The translations under genes and the position numbers were made by a program. From positions 98,146,001 through 98,210,000 of the forward strand of contig OZ024742.1 in the NCBI GenBank assembly GCA_964016885.1: a DNA stretch of 64,000 bases, written 5' to 3'. The stretch comes from Eledone cirrhosa. Taxonomy: Eukaryota. The notes below the pieces were generated by a model, which was given only the letters and a program-made list of their open reading frames with translations, was not told the origin of the DNA and did no database searches. Positions 1 to 12,389 of this stretch are shown piece by piece. The stretch's first letter is position 1; the number at the start of each line of letters is the position of its first letter.

Positions 1-444
1 CTTTATCTTCTGATTTCTAATCCCACCAAGGTCAATTATGCCTTTCATATTTCCAGGGTTCATACTTTATAATACTAGTTAATGACTGTTGAAGATATGT
101 TCGACTTCCCCTCCACTCAATCTTCTGAACATTTATGCATATTTTAAACAACTATTTCGACAATCATCCCGTCCGAGATAGGCTAGCTGATGTCGCAGGT
201 ATTGCTGGGTCTTCTCCACGAAAAAGCCTTCACTCTTTGGAGTGTGGGGCCGAGCTGACATATGCAACATAAGCTGGAGTGTAATGTCTGCGTCTCCCTC
301 TCCTCTATCAATTACACTCACTATTTAATTATCTTTCTTGTCTTCCTTTTTCATTTATATTTAAATATGCAAAAGGTGATGAATTGTAAACGTTTTTGTT
401 TTATTTAAATCAATTAATTCTACGACACTTTCGTTAGTTGGTAT

Positions 445-620
445 GGGATCTCAAATCCGGACACCACCGCTCACATTGCGGAGAAGAGTATGACAGCTAA
501 ATACCGGGACCTGATTGACTGCTTTCATTTTTGTCACGCCAGTAGCCGTTGTAACATTGTGTGTTCTCAGTTGCGGAACTGCCTTTTTCTTACGCATAAT
601 TTAGGGGAAGATACCCAGTG
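445..620 (+). mobile_element. 3' fragment of a CRE/R2-type non-LTR retrotransposon (REL endonuclease C-terminus), degraded
   Basis: Translates, with a frameshift, to AHIAEKSMTAKYRDLIDCFHF.PVAVVTLCVL, which resembles the AE..K..KY.DL...F.PVAVETLG motif of REL-endonuclease LINEs. Confidence 0.55.
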
Positions 621-1109
621 TGTTACTTTGGCCGATGTAACATAAGTGACTAGTTGTTCTCTTCCCCATGTTGACCGCCCACAATCTACCTTCATTTCGG
701 AATTCACTTCCCATTCGTTTTGCTTTCTTTTTCGTAGTTTTTACTTTATATTGTATTAGATTTTGTATTTTTATTTCTCTGGGTGAAGATAATCACTTTC
801 CTTTTTGTTTACTGTGTATGCATATAAAAAATATTAAAAAAAGGGTGGTAAGCTCCATCGTTAAATATTTGTAGTTTGTGGTTGCGTGGATTTAGGATAC
901 TTGTTTGCACGAAATCAGGACTACGGCAAACTCATGTGTGAAGCTTGCAGAAAATTGAAATGGTGGTGTATTGAACATATCATGAGAATAGTAATAATGA
1001 TGACAGTTGTTTACGAAGTTGTACTTGGTGACTGTGAGTTAGATACTAGACTTATAGAAATGAGGCAAAGGAATAATGTAAAAGAGTCAGACTAAGTAAA
1101 ATACTTTAA

Positions 1110-1570
1110 AATCTGTAACTGCAACATTTGCAACACCAGAACTACCAACAACAATAGCATTAGCCTTTCTTACAACAGCAGCTGTAATAGCAGCAATACG
1201 ATCAACAGCAATACAAGCTACAATAATAACCACGGTCACGGCATCTACTACTACAGCTGACGTCCAGCAAAAGAAGAAAAACAGCAGCAGCAACAACACC
1301 TACAACAGCACAAACAGTAACAATGGCTTTAAAAACATCATCAAAATCAATATACAACAAGAATGGCATTAACAACATAAGACAATAGTTACAACAGCAA
1401 AAGCAGTAAAAACTATAACAACAACAACAACAATAACACAGATAATAACCGTAAAGAACATCAACACTGACGCTAAGAACAAGAACGATAATACTAAAGA
1501 TAAAATGACAACAACAATAATATTAACAGCAACAACACTGGCTATAAGAACAGCAATTACAATAACTAGA
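1110..1570. repeat. Degenerate (CAA/CAG/TAA)n low-complexity tract
   Basis: Runs of acaacaacaatagca, acagcagcagcaacaac and acaacaacaacaacaataac. Confidence 0.8.
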
Positions 1571-2609
1571 GTAAATGTAAAAGAGGGAAGGATGCAGCCC
1601 ATTCATTCACATTACTACACATTCATCACGAGTTACAGCACCAACTATGTTAGGATATAATTTAATAAAGCAGAGGAGGAGTTCAATCCATTGGTCATGA
1701 TTAAAACACGATAACACCACTAATGGTTAAATAGAGAAGCTAAGAATTATTTTAGCACACCCTCTATATCTCATTCTTCAACCGCAGCAACTGTGTTTTT
1801 CCACAGCCTAAGGCGGCGGTAGTGGCGAGAGAGTGGGGAGAGAAAAATTAGAGAAAATATTGAAACATAATATATGGCCACTTAGAGCCAAGATAGAGAT
1901 TTATCGCTGATTCGCACTAATAAAATTTAACAAACGCTTTGCAAGGAGGACAGTGGACTCTAAATGATGTTAAATGAATATAATCCAATATGATATAGCA
2001 CCATCATTAGTTATAAAACTAAGTGTATCTTCTCATTTGCATAAATGGATTTTATCGTCATTTTTCCTTCACCTCTCATTTTTCCTTTTCCTCAATTTTC
2101 ACACATTCATTCAAACATTTATTGAATGATCAGTCTTCCTTATTTTCCATTTTACTTTTCTGGTATTCTTACTTACCGTTTTCCTTCTATCAACCCATTT
2201 GCGCTGTGAAGCCATTATAGAGCATTATAAATAAAGGATAAATTTAAATATTCAATTAGTTTCATTTAATAACAGCATAGCGTAAAACTATGAAGGAAGT
2301 ACCAATGCAGTTACATTTCAACAGCATTTGTTGCAGTAGTTGTTGTTATTGTTGTGCAATTTCTGTACTAAGTTAAGTTAATTAATGAACGTTACTAAAT
2401 AACAGTAATTATTTTTGACTCCCAGAGTGAGAAAATGTCTATCTTTAGTCATGTTAATGGTAAATAGTTATGCAAATGAATACTACACACATTTCTGGTA
2501 GTTTTTGTAATCATTGTATTTAGAAGTCTGTATGATTAATTTTCTAATGTCTGACCCTTTCTCTTGAGTTTCATCAGCAGCTATTACTAAAGAATAAAGA
2601 TGCATAATG

Positions 2610-3025
2610 TATTAATGGCTTCTAATTTAGGCAGAAGGTCAGGAATTTTGTAGGATGATAACGTCGATTGTATCGACGCCATTACTTGTCTAATGCTTTA
2701 TTTTATCGACCTGACATCCTCGGTAGGAGTTGAACTCAGAACTTAAGGAGCAGTAACTAAATGAATCTAGGTATTTTTTTCCGTCGCTATTACGATACTG
2801 CCAATTCACCACAATAAGGCCTATTATAATAATGGTTTCTTATATAGGCACAAGGCCAGCAATTTTGGGGGAAGGGGAGAGTCGATTAAATCGATCCAGT
2901 GAGTGACTGGTACTTTATTTTATCGACCCCGTAAGGATGAAAGGCAAAATTAACCACGGCAGGATTTGAACTCAGATCATAAAAGGTCGTAAGTTTATAC
3001 TGCCAATCCACCGCCCTAAGGCCTA
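2610..3025 (-). mobile_element. Two tandem tRNA-derived SINE copies (octopus-type family)
   Basis: Reverse complement has a B-box-like ctgagttcaaatcctgccg followed by ttttgcctttcatccttacggggtcgataaaataaagtaccagt; the same family recurs about 10 times in the window. Confidence 0.75.
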
Positions 3026-4483
3026 TTGTAATAATGATTTCTTTATTAGCCACAACGGCTCACCCATAGGATACAATGAACATCGTAAACACAGGAATTA
3101 CAATATATTTGATGCTTCACAAAGTTATATAAAATGAAGGTATGGATGATTGACAGATACATTTGATAAAACATGAAATAAGTTTAAAAGTATTATAAGA
3201 CACAATAATTAACACTCGGTATGATATAAACATAGTAAACATTTAAGATTAACCACCTACACACGGATGTGAAAACCTTATTTAAGTCAAGTTAGAACAT
3301 CCCACCTTCTGCTCATCCACTAAGTATTATCAACTTCCTGAGAATCACCAAAACACAGAGGAAGTATTTATTTGGTGGGTTTATCAACACGAGTACACAC
3401 ATCGTCTGGACAAAAACTATTTTCTCTTCGTTTTATTCTTTTGTTGTGAGATATAAGAGACTATAAACTGGGATTGTAATGGTAATTACTAATTTAGGTA
3501 CAAGGCCATACATTTTTAGAGGGAGACAAACGTTGTTTAAATTAACCCGGAGTTGAAAAATCGAGGGATTTGAACGCAGTGAACAAACGAGCTGGAGAAA
3601 ATACTGCTAAATAATTACCCCGGGAAATTATGAATTCCTGTGAAATTCGGATTTGACTTTAATTGTATCCCATTAGGTGAACGGACGATCGCAAATGACT
3701 TCCTATGTAATTGTCATGGAATGTTCATAGAATACACAGTTCGGTTTCCGTTATCACCTTTAGCTTATTTTCGAACAGTGTACTATGGACTTCGTTATTC
3801 CATGTATCATTCTGCGATTTTTAATTCAATAAAGTGAGATGAAAGATAGTTCTTATAGATGAGTGTCATATGAGAGAGATTTGCTAGGTTAAGCAATGAT
3901 GTAAATGTTCTTTAATGGCGCTTCATATCACTGTTTCATTTATATGTAGTAAACATTTTCTTCCCTTATGGACATCTTAGCGTCGTTGTGGGAAAGTTGT
4001 CAGAGTCAACTATGTTCTATTTCTCTGCTACCTTCAATGTTTCTATTGTAATAAATATATGTATATGTAAACCCGTAACTTATGGTGGACACTTTGAGCC
4101 GATTTTGTCGGTTCTAGTTTTCATCACGAAGCCAGTAGTCATTTCGGTGAGTATGTCTGCGGCGGTACATATTCGTTGACAATTTTAGTTCCAAACCTGA
4201 ATCCACCAATAACTAACAATTCTAACTAAACATAGTTAATAACATATAGTGATTAATATATTTCGTTTCTGAATTTGTTTAGCAAGATTCTTTATCTGAA
4301 ATCGTGTGTTGAAACCGATATTGTTATACTTTGGGAGGGTCATGTTGCCAATAAGAAACACACGCACCAGTTGCTTTCACTTCAATTTATTATATATTTA
4401 TAAATTTATAAATTTACAAATCTACAAACTTATGAATTTCTGGTTGGTTGGTTGGTTCCACAACCAGATAGTTGTTTATTTAT

Positions 4484-4528
4484 AGTCATAGTCCTTTCGT
4501 CACACACTCTGTGACCTCTTCAGTGACT
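4484..4528 (-). ncRNA. Minimal type-I hammerhead ribozyme (family A)
   Basis: Reverse complement reads agtca CTGAAGA g gtcaca gagtg tgtgac GAAA g ga c TA tgact; stem I agtca/tgact, stem II gtcaca/tgtgac. Confidence 0.8.
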
Positions 4529-4807
4529 GGGGATTCCTTTCTTTGTTTCTGTGCCTTTCCTTTCTTCTATCCTACGCCATTTTGTTTCTGTGTGTGTGTT
4601 GTGTGCTCAGTTTGCGCATGCGCCACATCCGGGTGTATGTGTGTGTTTGTGTTCATTTATCTATTTGTTTATTTATTTATTTATTTATTGTTGGTTGGTT
4701 GTTTGTTCTATGTGTGTGTGTGTTTTCATTTTTTCCTTAATTGTAAGTTGTTTGTTCTATGTGTGTGTGTGTTTTCATTTTGTCCTGTGTGTGTTTTCAT
4801 TTTGTCC

Positions 4808-5290
4808 TTAATTGTAAGTTGTGATGTTGCTGTCCCACTCATATTTTCTATTTAATTTTGGTTGTAATTCTTCTATGCTTACTGCCTCTGTAATTTGCCT
4901 AAACATTGCATCTTTTCTGTGTGTGGATTCTATTTTTATTTCTATGTTCTCTAATCTACCCCTGTGTTCTATCTTAGAATGTTGGTAGAGCACAGATGAT
5001 TCTTTATTATCTTGAAGGTCTCGCCAGTGTTCATTTATTCGTTCCCCTATACTACGAGCTGTCTCACCTATGTACACTATATTTTTGTTTCTACATTGTC
5101 CTTCAGTACATCTTATGCTATACACTACATTTCTAGTTTTTCAGTTAATATGGGGGCTTATTTTACATGTTATACATTTCTTATCTATACATGAGGGTCT
5201 TTGGAACGGGTATGTCTTGCTAATAAGTGTTTTTACGGAGGTACCTGGTCTTTCTACTATCTTAATATTGAGTTTATGTTTTATTTAGGG
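4808..5290 (-). pseudogene. GIY-YIG endonuclease domain of the PLE, frameshifted
   Basis: Cys motif CIDKKCITC, then VVY...YIGET.R...R..EH...E....PKLN; 1-nt indel near 5140 relative to the right arm. Confidence 0.85.
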
Positions 5291-5753
5291 CCCTTCTAAA
5301 TTTGTAGGCTAGTTCGCCTCTAGGGGTTGTATTGATGAACATTACACTCTGGTATTTATTGCTATCATACCATGAGTTTATTCTATTGGCCTTGTTCCTA
5401 GTTCTTTCTATTCTATTCCAAAATTTGCTCCTATACAAGGGGCAGGTCCCATTTATGTCATTATTTACCATTTTTTCCCATTTGGTTCTGGCTCCTTTAT
5501 ACACTCTGATTATATCTCTCTGAGATATAATCAGAGTGTATAAAGGAGCCAGAGAACTGCATACGGTGGATGAAGTGTTGTATGTGTCTCTCTAGTTCTT
5601 CGGGGTTGCACATGCGGGACACATTTCTCATCACCCGTACCAAATCCGCAATCAGTATGTTGATTTTGGTATGGTCCGAAATGGCCGAGTTTCGGTGGAT
5701 CAGATGTTTGGAAGTCATGGGTTTGGCATAATGGGAATGGAGGATTTGTTTTT

Positions 5754-6237
5754 GGCCCTAAATAAAGATAAACTCAATATTAAGATAGTAGAAAGACCAG
5801 GTACTTCCGTAAAAACACTTATTAGCAAGACATACCCGTTCCAAAGACCCTCATGTATAGATAAGAAATGTATAACCTGTAAAATAAGCCCCCATATTAA
5901 CTGTAAAACTAGAAATGTAGTGTATAGCATAAGATGTACTGAAGGACAATGTTGAAACAAAAATATAGTGTACATAGGTGAGACAGCTCGTAGTATAGGG
6001 GAACGAATAAATGAACACTGGCGAGACCTTCAAGATAATAAAGAATCATCTGTGCTCTACCAACATGCTAAGATAGAACACAGGGGTAGATTAGAGAACA
6101 TAGAAATAAAAATAGAATCCACACACAGAAAAGATGCAATGTTTAGGCAAATTACAGAGGCAGTAAGCATAAAAGAATTACAACCAAAATTAAATAGAAA
6201 ATATGAGTGGAACAGCAACATCACAACTTACAATTAA
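5754..6237 (+). pseudogene. Inverted copy of the GIY-YIG domain with an in-frame stop at about 5953
   Basis: ORFs 5671-5955 and 5968-6237 are in the same frame, separated by TGA where the left arm has AGA. Confidence 0.85.
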
Positions 6238-6542
6238 GGACAAAATGAAAACACACACAGGACAAAATGAAAACACACACACACATAGAACAAACAACTT
6301 ACAATTAAGGACAAAATGAAAACACACACAGGACAAAATGAAAACACACACACACATAGAACAAACAACCAACCAACAATAAATAAATAAATAAATAAAT
6401 AAACAAATAGATAAATGAACACAAACACACACAGACACCCGGATGTGGCGCATGCGCAAACTGAGCACACAACACACACACAGAAACAAAATGGCGTAGG
6501 ATAGAAGAAAGGAAAGGCACAGAAACAAAGAAAGGAATCCCC

Positions 6543-6587
6543 AGTCACTGAAGAGGTCACAGAGTGTGTGACGAAAGGACTATGACT
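6543..6587 (+). ncRNA. Minimal type-I hammerhead ribozyme (family A)
   Basis: agtca CTGAAGA g gtcaca gagtg tgtgac GAAA g ga c TA tgact; predicted cleavage after 6582. Confidence 0.8.
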
Positions 6588-6831
6588 ATATATAAACAAC
6601 TATCTGGTTGTGGAACCAACCAACCAACCTGAAATGTATAAGTTTGTAGATTTGTAAATTTATAAATTTATAAATATATAATAAATTGAAGTGAAAGCAA
6701 CTGGTGCGTGTGTTTCTTATTGGCAACATGACCCTCCCAAAGTATAACAAGATTAATATATTAATATATTAAAATAGAAAAGCTCAAATAAAAGATCCAC
6801 AAAACAAAAGCAGGTAGAAAATACCCTACCA

Positions 6832-6872
<41 letters not shown>

Positions 6873-6941
6873 GTATCAAGTTGCGTTAAGTAATATATTA
6901 AAATGTATGAATTTTTAATTTATATTATTCAAAATATCATG

Positions 6942-7004
6942 TTCGTAAAAGTTAACGAGAGGGTTGTTCTGATCAACTTTGAAACACCGATAACATTTTA
7001 CGAA
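6942..7004 (+). ncRNA. Degenerate hammerhead-like motif
   Basis: ttcgtaaaag TTAACGA g agggttg ttctgat caacttt GAAA caccga TA acattttacgaa; stems I and II pair but the core is mutated. Confidence 0.4.
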
Positions 7005-7229
7005 ATTTAATTTTATACAAAGACTTATTGTAGGAAAAAAATAGAACTAGTAAGCAGACGACGAAAGAGAGTGAGAGTTTAAAATAAAGTGAAAAATGGA
7101 GACATATCATATGCAGGAAAAGTCAAGAAATGCATGACACTATATGTAAAAATGTTCAAGACAAAGTAAAATGAGAAAAGGAAATTACAAAAAAATAATG
7201 AACATTTTTTGACAGCAGATGTAGTTTAA

Positions 7230-7800
7230 ATGACTACATCATGTTGTATGGGAAATGTTTGACCACCATAATGGTGAATTGGATCGTAGTAGGAATAAGT
7301 AGAAAAGAAGGAGTGTGAGAAATAAACCAAGCGAAGGAAATTGGAGAGGAAGGAGTAATGGAAAGAGATATGTGTGCATAAAAATATACGAGGTGATCCC
7401 TAACCGTTAGGGAGAGAGAGGGCATGATGGGCTAGATATTATGATGAACTGATAAGCATAAGGGCTTGTTAGAGATATGCTTATTTAGAATGCACTCAGG
7501 TTGAGGCCAGATTAACGGGAAGGGAGGCGTAGGATGGCTTGTGGAAAAGGCAAGTTTATATGATGGAAGTTGTGTGGGATAAAGTGTAGGGCCGGTGCGT
7601 GATGTAACGGATGAAATACGACCAACATTGCTGATTTGATAATGCATGTTCTGAAAAATTCCACCATTACGTGGGACTGAGTTGCAAAATATTTGCCCTG
7701 TGAAGACGACGTAGGAATTGGGAGCAAGGGATGAATAATTTCGAGCTCTGGTGTATGAAGGAAGGATGACTTCTACCAACACACAGCAACAAGGATATCA
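7230..7800 (-). mobile_element. Highly degraded PLE GIY-YIG and 3' region
   Basis: Minus strand ends ...AILRLPSR*SGLN, like the LxTxxPxGLN terminus of PLE endonucleases, followed by a pyrimidine-rich 3' region. Confidence 0.4.
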
Positions 7801-8302
7801 GAGTGCCGGTTAAAAAATAGTTTCCACAATCAGGAAACGAGGTTTAGACACTAAGACGAAAGCTAAAACGCGAAATTCTCAGGCCATATATTAAACCTCA
7901 AAACATCAAAAAGGAATACGCAATTAAAGAAATCTAGACCATAAAAATCGTATTTTGTATCCAATAGGAAATGCCTGAATACCAGTCTTGGTTTCTTTCG
8001 TCACCATTCGCACAAATTCAAATTAATTCTAAAACCGTGTCTAGACAAGATTGAAACTGAACATAGATTACCGGAAGCAGTCATTTGATATTGAAATTTT
8101 GAAACTCCACCTGATTTAATCCTGCCACTTACTAATGCCAACATTTAGTTACCTCTCATTCTTCCATTCATATATTAAGTTACATCTCCTTCGTAATATT
8201 AACTTACGACCCTTACATAAATATCTTTACCATCTAAAGTACTTACCCCCTGACTTAATAGAGCTATTTTAATCTCGACGAATGGAGGGCATGTTTATCA
8301 TA

Positions 8303-8358
8303 ATTAAAATACCATGGGATGACTATTTCTAGAAATAGTCATCCCATGGTATTTTAAT
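8303..8358. repeat. Perfect 56-bp palindrome
   Basis: attaaaataccatgggatgactatttct|agaaatagtcatcccatggtattttaat. Confidence 0.95.
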
Positions 8359-8404
8359 CATTTTAAAATCATTCATCAGACAACAACAAATAACCTATAC
8401 ATAC

Positions 8405-8499
<95 letters not shown>

Positions 8500-8875
8500 T
8501 GTAGTCGTCTTGTTGCGTGCGCTCGTTTTTACAAAGTCTATACAAATACACATTTCTACTCCGATTTACTTCAAACTTGCATTTATATATTCCTTGCGGT
8601 CTAAGGATGTTAACTGTAGCTTTTATTTTTTAATTTACTGTTGTTAAAGGGGTGTTAGGCGCCGGTTATCGATCTGCGTCATCCCATACAATATCTGTCT
8701 GTGTGCCTGGCTGTCTGCATAATGACATTATGACCAACACGTCATTGCTGACGTATAATCTTCGCCACATTCATACACACACACATATATATATATATAT
8801 ACATATACATATACATATATATATATATACATACATACATGTACAAACACATATACACACACACACACACACACT

Positions 8876-8954
<79 letters not shown>

Positions 8955-8959
<5 letters not shown>

Positions 8960-9433
8960 AGTATGCATGTATACGTACATACATATATGTATACAGACGT
9001 ACAGTAGCATGCACATATATATATATATATGTATACACACATATATACATATGCATACAGGTACACATACATATATGCACGTATCAGTTAATTTTCATAA
9101 GGAAAGTATATACTTTCGAACGTTCAACTATCTGGCAGATGGGTAAACGGTGCTGATGATAGCTAACAAGCTTGAAACTAGTACATCGTTCCTGTGTCAG
9201 TGTTGAACAAAAAGGTGACGTGGTTGCCTTAACACCGTATGGCATAAATTCAGGCTGTTCAGTTTGTTTACAAACGAACAAAGCGACGTTAGCGCCGCTA
9301 AACTGATACGTGCATATATGTATGTGTACCTGTATGCATATGTATATATGTGTGTATACATATATATATATATATGTGCATGCTACTGTACGTCTGTATA
9401 CATATATGTATGTACGTATACATGCATACTTAC
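8955..9433 (+). mobile_element. ORF-less HHR element with its 3' ~135 bp duplicated in inverted orientation upstream (PLE pLTR-like)
   Basis: 8955-9089 is the reverse complement of 9301-9433; the spacer contains an HHR. Confidence 0.7.
9146..9190 (+). ncRNA. Minimal type-I hammerhead ribozyme (family B)
   Basis: aacggtg CTGATGA t agct aaca agct t GAAA ctag TA catcgtt; 7-bp stem I, palindromic ACTAGT stem III, predicted cleavage after 9183. Confidence 0.85.
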
Positions 9434-9789
9434 ATTTAAGTAAGTGCCATACTAAGAGTGAGAAATGAAATTTCGTTTTCATTTTGTTTCAATTTATATA
9501 TATATATATATATATTATATACACATATACTTATATATAAATATACACATAAAAATCTATCTATCTATCTAACTAGGGCGGGTAAAATTCTCGAGATCCA
9601 TGGACGAGTTCTCTCCAGCGTGGATTTTGGCCGTGTAAAAAAGGTTTTAACAAGAAGATGGAAATATCAAAAAATCAAAAATTCCGCAATAGGGGGCAAA
9701 CTTCCGAGGGTCACTCGTGGCGAAAATCACACAAAAGATCACGACCACCCTGACCACCAGGGCAAACACCTCTCTCAGTTTTACACTCC

Positions 9790-10280
9790 TCGGTCTACAG
9801 GCGCATAATCAGGGCGGCCCGGTCAAGCGCCGGAAATGTCCAGATGCTCGGCACCGCTCTCAAGGAATATGAAGCAATGAGAAGGGCAAAGTTAAACCAG
9901 GAAAAGTCGGTGGGCTTGCAGCGCGGCACACGGAGAGAGAAGTCCATGCCGCCCGACATCGTCGTCGAGCGCTGGATAGTGACGAACAGGGTGGCCTCTC
10001 TCACCCAGAAATCGGCCGAGAGGAAGCTGTCCTTCATAAGTCGGGCAGAGGTGGTGAATGCGTTCATCGCATCCGTCATCTGCTACCGCTTCACCGTTGT
10101 GCCTTGCCCCGGCCCAACTCTGACAAAAATGGAGCGCCTCCTCTTCCCCTTTTTATGAAAGGGACGTGCTTCCATTGTCAGACGATCCATCTGCTGTCAA
10201 CATCCGTTGCATGGAGGGTTGGGAATGCCGTGGCTTATGGTGCGCAAACACGTTGTGAGGCTGCGACATCTTTGGAGCTT
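9790..10280 (+). mobile_element. L1/Tx1-clade LINE fragment (RT C-terminal region), degraded
   Basis: ALKEYEAMRRAKLNQEKS...RKLSFISRAEVVNAFIASVICY...LLFPFL*KG...VRRSICCQHPLHGGLGMP matches the L1/Tx1 post-RT motifs. Confidence 0.8.
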
Positions 10281-10303
10281 TACTTGACGGTGCAAAAATG
10301 AAG

Positions 10304-10334
<31 letters not shown>

Positions 10335-10454
10335 ATTTCACTTTTATCTGTATGTATAGATATACATATACAAACACATATGTACATATATACATATATA
10401 TATATATATACATACACATATACATAAATATATAAATATACACATAAAATCTAA

Positions 10455-10720
10455 AAATCTATCTATCTATCTATCTAGGGTGGGTAAAATTCCCGAGATC
10501 CAGGGATCAGTTCTCTCCAGCGGTCTCTGTCCCTCATTATCGCTGCCATGTCGTGCGTCTCCAACAGACCAGTGTCTGTCCTTAGGGCATCAACATATGT
10601 TAACTTCGGTCTTCCTCTTCCAGTGTGTCCATGCAGGGGTTCCCACAGGATCACTGAGTGCAGTGTGAACTCTCGATGTCGGTGAGCATATCCAGTTCGT
10701 GAGTTTTTAACAGGCACTCA
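10455..10720 (-). mobile_element. RTE-like LINE 3' end with (TAGA)n tail; shorter copy at 9555-9620
   Basis: VILWEPLHGHTGRGRPKLTYVDALRTDTG...MRDRDRWR is a typical RTE C-terminus. Confidence 0.8.
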
Positions 10721-10999
10721 CAAATAAACGTTTCTCATTGGAGATGCTATTACCAATATTCTTACCCGTGCAACGCCGGGATACACTGCTAGTATATATA
10801 TATATATATATATAATTTAAGTAAGTGTGTTTTGAAACAGCGAGCAAGTTTGAAATTAGAAAATAGAAGCCTTCACCGTATTTTTTTTATTAAAGAAATT
10901 TTAGCCTGATAGTGGGGTTTAGAACCCTCAGAGAAATGGAAAAAGATGAGTATTGACGTACATATATATATATATATATTCAGACGCTATGTAAATTAA

Positions 11000-12260
11000 A
11001 TGATTATTAGGATACTTTATAAAGGAAGAAGAAAGAAGAAAGTAAATTTAAAAACTAAAAATTTAATATATGTACCCAAATCATGAGTTATAATATTATA
11101 TAGCTAATCCTTATAATTAGATTTTATGAAGAATTGTAAGTACACTTAAGCTTATTATATTACAACAGATCATTTATATAAATATTTATATTTATATGAA
11201 TAAATAATAATATAAATATAAATATTATTGGTGATTATATAGTTGTTATTTTAAGTAGATAAATAATTCAAATAATATTTCATAAGTTAAGGGTTACTTT
11301 CAAATAGTTCCATCGAGATAAAAAATTATTAACGAAATTATTATTTATGTTGTTAAGAAGATAGGTTGTTCAAGCGTGCTAGATTTTAAAGGGAAAGATA
11401 AATCCAATGTTTCTTAGTTACACTATTTTCGTTAGATTTGTCAGTTATATTAGAATATACTTTAAAAAGCGGATTGTATGTCGAGAAAATTTTATATATT
11501 ATTTTGTGTATGAATATAAGTTATTTTATATTACATGTTTTCAAAGATGAGAATTTCTTTTATATATGTATTTAGACATTATTTAGATATTATCTATACA
11601 TTCGATTTGGAAGAAAATATTATTACAGGCATCACGAGTGTATTTAGAAATTATAACTAAAAATGATATATTTCAAAATGTTAATTAAAAAATATATCAA
11701 TTGAAAAAACATTAAGAAGAATATCAATTGGAAAAGAATCTCATTTGTAAAAATAATTTGTAAAAATATTACATAAAAAGAAAAATATCAATTAAAAAAT
11801 CACCACTAAACATCGACAGAAGCGTATTGAAGACAAGTGAAATATTTACTATAGATAAAAAATACTTCGGAAAGTCATTTTTTTGGCGATGTCTGCAGAA
11901 AGTGAATATTTCTTCCTTTAACTTGATAGAATTTTGGCAGTTAAGTATATAAAACATGTCTTCAATTCACAAATGACAGATTCTTGAGAGAGCCAGATTT
12001 CGGTCTGCGAGTGCTTTCTAAATCGTTCCCCAAGTGATTGAATAGTCAATATTATTGTCTTTTAAGTACCAAATAAGTACGAAATTAGATATGAAAGTGA
12101 TGTAGAAAGTTTTTTTATCGAACCTTAGGTATGTCACTATTTATAAAACAAATTTTGTATTTTATCTGATGAGGGCGTCCCAAAGTTTTGGGTACCCTTG
12201 AAATATGTATAATAAAATAAATATAGTTTTATAAATATAGTTTCCATTTATCAATATCAT
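11000..12260 (+). mobile_element. Very degraded AT-rich PLE remnant ending in an HHR-bearing pLTR
   Basis: Weak IHKxQI-like GIY-YIG remnant near 11965, HHR at 12158 and AATAAA immediately after it. Confidence 0.4.
12158..12219 (+). ncRNA. Minimal type-I hammerhead ribozyme (family C)
   Basis: tattttat CTGATGA gggcgtcccaaa gt tttgggtaccctt GAAA tatgta TA ataaaata; 8-bp stem I and near-palindromic stem III. Confidence 0.7.
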
Positions 12261-12348
12261 TTATATTATACTCCAGGCAAACTGTTGAGTGCTTCGAATC
12301 TGTTATAAATAAATTTGTTGAATTACCAACAAATTAAATATCTCTTTA

Positions 12349-12388
<40 letters not shown>

Positions 12389-12389
<1 letters not shown>

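Larger units (their letters stand above)
4260..6750 (-). mobile_element. 5'-truncated Penelope-like element (RT C-terminus, GIY-YIG, pLTR) with an upstream inverted copy of its 3' ~1 kb
   Basis: Minus-strand frames give HLIHRNSAISDHTKINILIADLVR... and VVYSIRCTEGQC..YIGETARSIGERINEH...QPKLN. Arms 4321-5292 and 5754-6750 are near-identical inverted copies, each with an HHR. Confidence 0.9.
8485..10792 (+). mobile_element. Lep1-like non-autonomous Helitron carrying nested insertions
   Basis: 5' (TA)nAAACTGT start; internal block aatatctgtctgtgtgcctggctgtctgcat shared with 19563 and 21993; 3' hairpin cccgtgcaacgccggg then CTAG at 10789-10792 followed by T. Confidence 0.6.

Noticed and set aside
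2550-2585. Minus-strand CTGATGA aactcaaga GAAA gggTC as a hammerhead
   Set aside because: Stem II overlaps the GAAA and there is no convincing stem I or palindromic stem III
7830-7875. acgag gtttag acac taagac GAAA gc TA as a hammerhead
   Set aside because: The 5' core and stem I are missing; at most a remnant
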